From the NCBI GenBank assembly GCA_002269645.1, contig NIVC01001487.1:97294-161293 (forward strand): a DNA stretch of 64,000 nucleotides. Reading direction: 5' to 3'. This document shows, piece after piece, positions 61,528-64,000 of the stretch; position 1 is the stretch's first letter; the number at the start of each line of letters is the position of its first letter. The notes below the pieces were generated by a model. The model searched no databases. It was given only the letters and a program-made list of their open reading frames with translations, and was not told where the DNA came from. This DNA comes from Macrostomum lignano. Lineage: Eukaryota. A program made the translations under genes and the position numbers.

Positions 61528-62092
61528 CTGGTGACATCCGGTTGAGAATAGGAGGAATCGAACTCCCGGCCCTCTCGGTGCCACGCCTCAGCGCCAAGTG
61601 AATCTTGTCCAGATCGTCAACAGCGCACCAGGCCTCGGCGATAAGGCACTTGTTGGTGGCCTCAACATTGAACATGTTCAGTGTGTGGTAGATGGCTTTG
61701 ATCTTGCCGACCTTGATGAACCACAGGCGGAGGTTCTTGGCCGCGGCCATGAGCACTCGCATCCGATGGTCCACCGTGGTGTTGAGCACGGTGTTGAGGT
61801 CCTCGATCCGCGTCATCACGCTGATGGCCATCTCGCGCCGCTCCGCCTGGCTGTCCGGGCACGGGTACAGCGTGGCCCGGAATCCTTCGCAGATCTTCTT
61901 CACCGAGTCTTCAGTTGCTCGCCCTGGAAGAAGATGATAAACACCGACTTGAGCACCTTGTCGCCGGTGGCCGGGTCCTCCAGGGCCGTGTCGATCTCCG
62001 CCTGCTTGAGGAAGACGTTGCCCCGGCAAACTCGCCACAGCATCCGCTCGAATGCCGGCAGGCGCTCACGAAGAATGACGCCGGCCACCGAT
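61528..62092 (-). CDS. ATP6V0A1: V-ATPase subunit a exon (apparent frameshift near 61904)
   Basis: VAGVILRERLPAFERMLWRVCRGNVFLKQAEI..KSVFIIFFQGEQLKTR / VKKICEGFRATLYPCP..KIKAIYHTLNMFN..KCLIAEAW. Confidence 0.92.
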
Positions 62093-62729
62093 CTGGGTGG
62101 GGGAGGGGGCGGCGGGGCTCAAACTTCGAGCTGGTTGCTATGGCAGCGTTGTTAAGGTGTTTAGGCAAATTTTAGAGTTCGTTGTGAATTTACTACAGGA
62201 TTTTCATCTAATGGTAGTAATTGGTTGCTAAGCGGAAATCTAAATGCTAGATAATCGTTGCTAAGGGAAATCCAATGCTAGACATTAGTTGCTAAGGGAA
62301 ATCCAAATGCTAGATAATGGTTGCTAACGGAAATCCCAATGTCAAATGATGGTTGCTAAGGGAAATTCAATATGGTTGCTAAGGCAGTTTCTTATGGTTG
62401 CTAAGGGGAATCCAATGTCACAATGTCCCAATCCCAAGGAGGAAGGAGAACTCTACCAATTTTATTGAGCAGCTAGCTGATTTTTGCCAAGGAAATTCTT
62501 CTAAACTGTTTTGATCCCTCCGTCTGTACAAAAAGCTTTACGATGTGGTATAAAAGGAATATTTAGATTGCTAAATTTCTGCACAAAAGTAAAAACAGTC
62601 TCAATAGAGCTTTGCCCAGCAAAGTGAAATAAAGATGTGCACACCGAGCACTGCAGAGGTTAAAATGAGTAATGAAGGTGCGAGCCCAACGCAAACGAAT
62701 AAAATATTCCTGCTGTAAATCGTGTAAAA

Positions 62730-63230
62730 ATGCACACACACGGGCACTGACACTGCACACACACGGGCACTGACACTGCACACAGGCACTGACACAGCAC
62801 ACAGGCACCGACACTGCACACACAGGCACTGACACTGCACACACAGGCACTGACACTGCACGCACAGGCACTGACACAGCACACAGGCACCGACACTGCA
62901 CACAGGCACCGACACTGCACACACAGGCACCGACACTGCACACACACGGGCACTGACACAGCACACAGGCACCGACACTGCACACACAGGCACCGACACT
63001 GCACACACACGGGCACTGACACTGCACACAGCACTGACACAGCACACAGCACCGACACTGCACACACAGGCATCGACACTGCACACAGCATCGACACTGC
63101 ACACAGGCATCGACACTGCACACAGGCATCGACACTGCACACGCAGGCATCGACACTGCACACACAGGCACCGACACTGCACACAGCACCGACACTCACA
63201 CAGGCACCGACACTGCACACACAGGCACTG
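62730..63230. repeat. ~19-21-bp minisatellite (CACACAGGCACCGACACTG), intronic
   Basis: Visible. Confidence 0.93.
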
Positions 63231-63334
63231 GTACCAGGGATAAAAGTCAGCACAGCTGAGGATCACAAATCAAAGTCATTATGTATCAGCAAAAGCCACA
63301 TCAAAGATTCCCAAGCAGTCAGTTGCAGTCTCAC

Positions 63335-63525
63335 TCAAACTGCAAATGCTTTAATCCGCCGATGTCGCTGCCACCATATTATTACTATCGCCGCCATCCA
63401 CAGCAGTAGTATCTGAGGCAGTTCTTGTGGCGTCGCCATCGCCTCGGAGGCTGACCAGCTGCAGCTGGGAGCCGCCCTGCGCCATGCCCGCAGCTGGGTC
63501 CTCTGCGGCTGGGCAGGCTTTCAGT
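63335..63525 (-). CDS. ATP6V0A1: Candidate upstream V-ATPase a exon (linker before FVAGV); boundaries unresolved
   Basis: GC-rich island reading ..AEDPAAGMAQGGSQLQL.. at the expected position. I could not make the phases fit without invoking errors. Confidence 0.35.
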
Positions 63526-63729
63526 CTTGTTGAAAGCATTTTTTTAAGAAAACGGTTACACATCCTCTCAATACTACCTAGTGAAGTATTTATTGTTTTA
63601 TCATAACTTAAACTCACCAAGGGTTTTACGTTGATTGCCTTAAGAATTTGATTTTTCTACTTTATAAAGTTTCTAAAATAAAAAAAAACGATTGTGTCAA
63701 GCTTTTTTAAATCCCCAACCCTCCAATTA

Positions 63730-64000
63730 CCCATTTTCCCAATCCACAAACTTCCCAATCCACAAACTTCCCAATCCACAAACTTCCTAATCACAAACCT
63801 CACAATTCACAATCTTCCCAATCGACAAGCTTCCAATCTACAAGCTTCCCAATCCAAAATCTTCCCAATCCAAAATCTTCCCAATCCACAATCTTCCCAA
63901 TCCAAAATCTTCCAATCCAAATCTTCCCAATCCAAAATCTTCCCAATCCACAATCTTCCAATCCACAATCTTCCCAATCCAAAATATTTCCAATCCAAAA
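63730..64000. repeat. ~16-bp minisatellite (AATCTTCCCAATCCA)
   Basis: Visible. Runs off the window. Confidence 0.92.

Overview
Eukaryotic (invertebrate) genomic DNA with GC-rich exons separated by introns packed with minisatellites. This style is consistent with a macrostomid flatworm such as Macrostomum, but that is an inference. Five host genes can be reconstructed by hand from GT-AG junctions: (1) the 5' end of a tetraspanin-like membrane protein (-, runs off the left edge); (2) a forkhead (Fox) transcription factor (-, 294 aa) with a TATA/CCAAT promoter; (3) a ~1450-1470 aa protein with five ZC3H7-type CCCH zinc-finger modules (-), whose last three coding exons are tandemly duplicated in a 6.3-6.5 kb segmental duplication (9725-16008 / 16009-22523); (4) an ANKRD10-like ankyrin gene (+); (5) the 3' part of a V-ATPase V0 subunit a gene (-) with at least four 1-nt frameshifts in G/C runs, probably long-read errors. 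The 27.8-45.9 kb interval is a transposon nest. It holds head-to-tail Helitron-like elements carrying internal 23-bp satellites, a MULE-type MITE with a 9-bp TSD, a hAT-type MITE with an 8-bp TSD, a CpG-free fossil transposase, and a ~3 kb foldback palindrome. The spacer of that palindrome encodes a degenerate SWIM-like transposase tail followed in frame by a USP (peptidase C19) Cys box, which is the most unusual item here. Most long ORFs in the supplied track are artefacts of tandem repeats. No rRNA, tRNA or CRISPR array was found.
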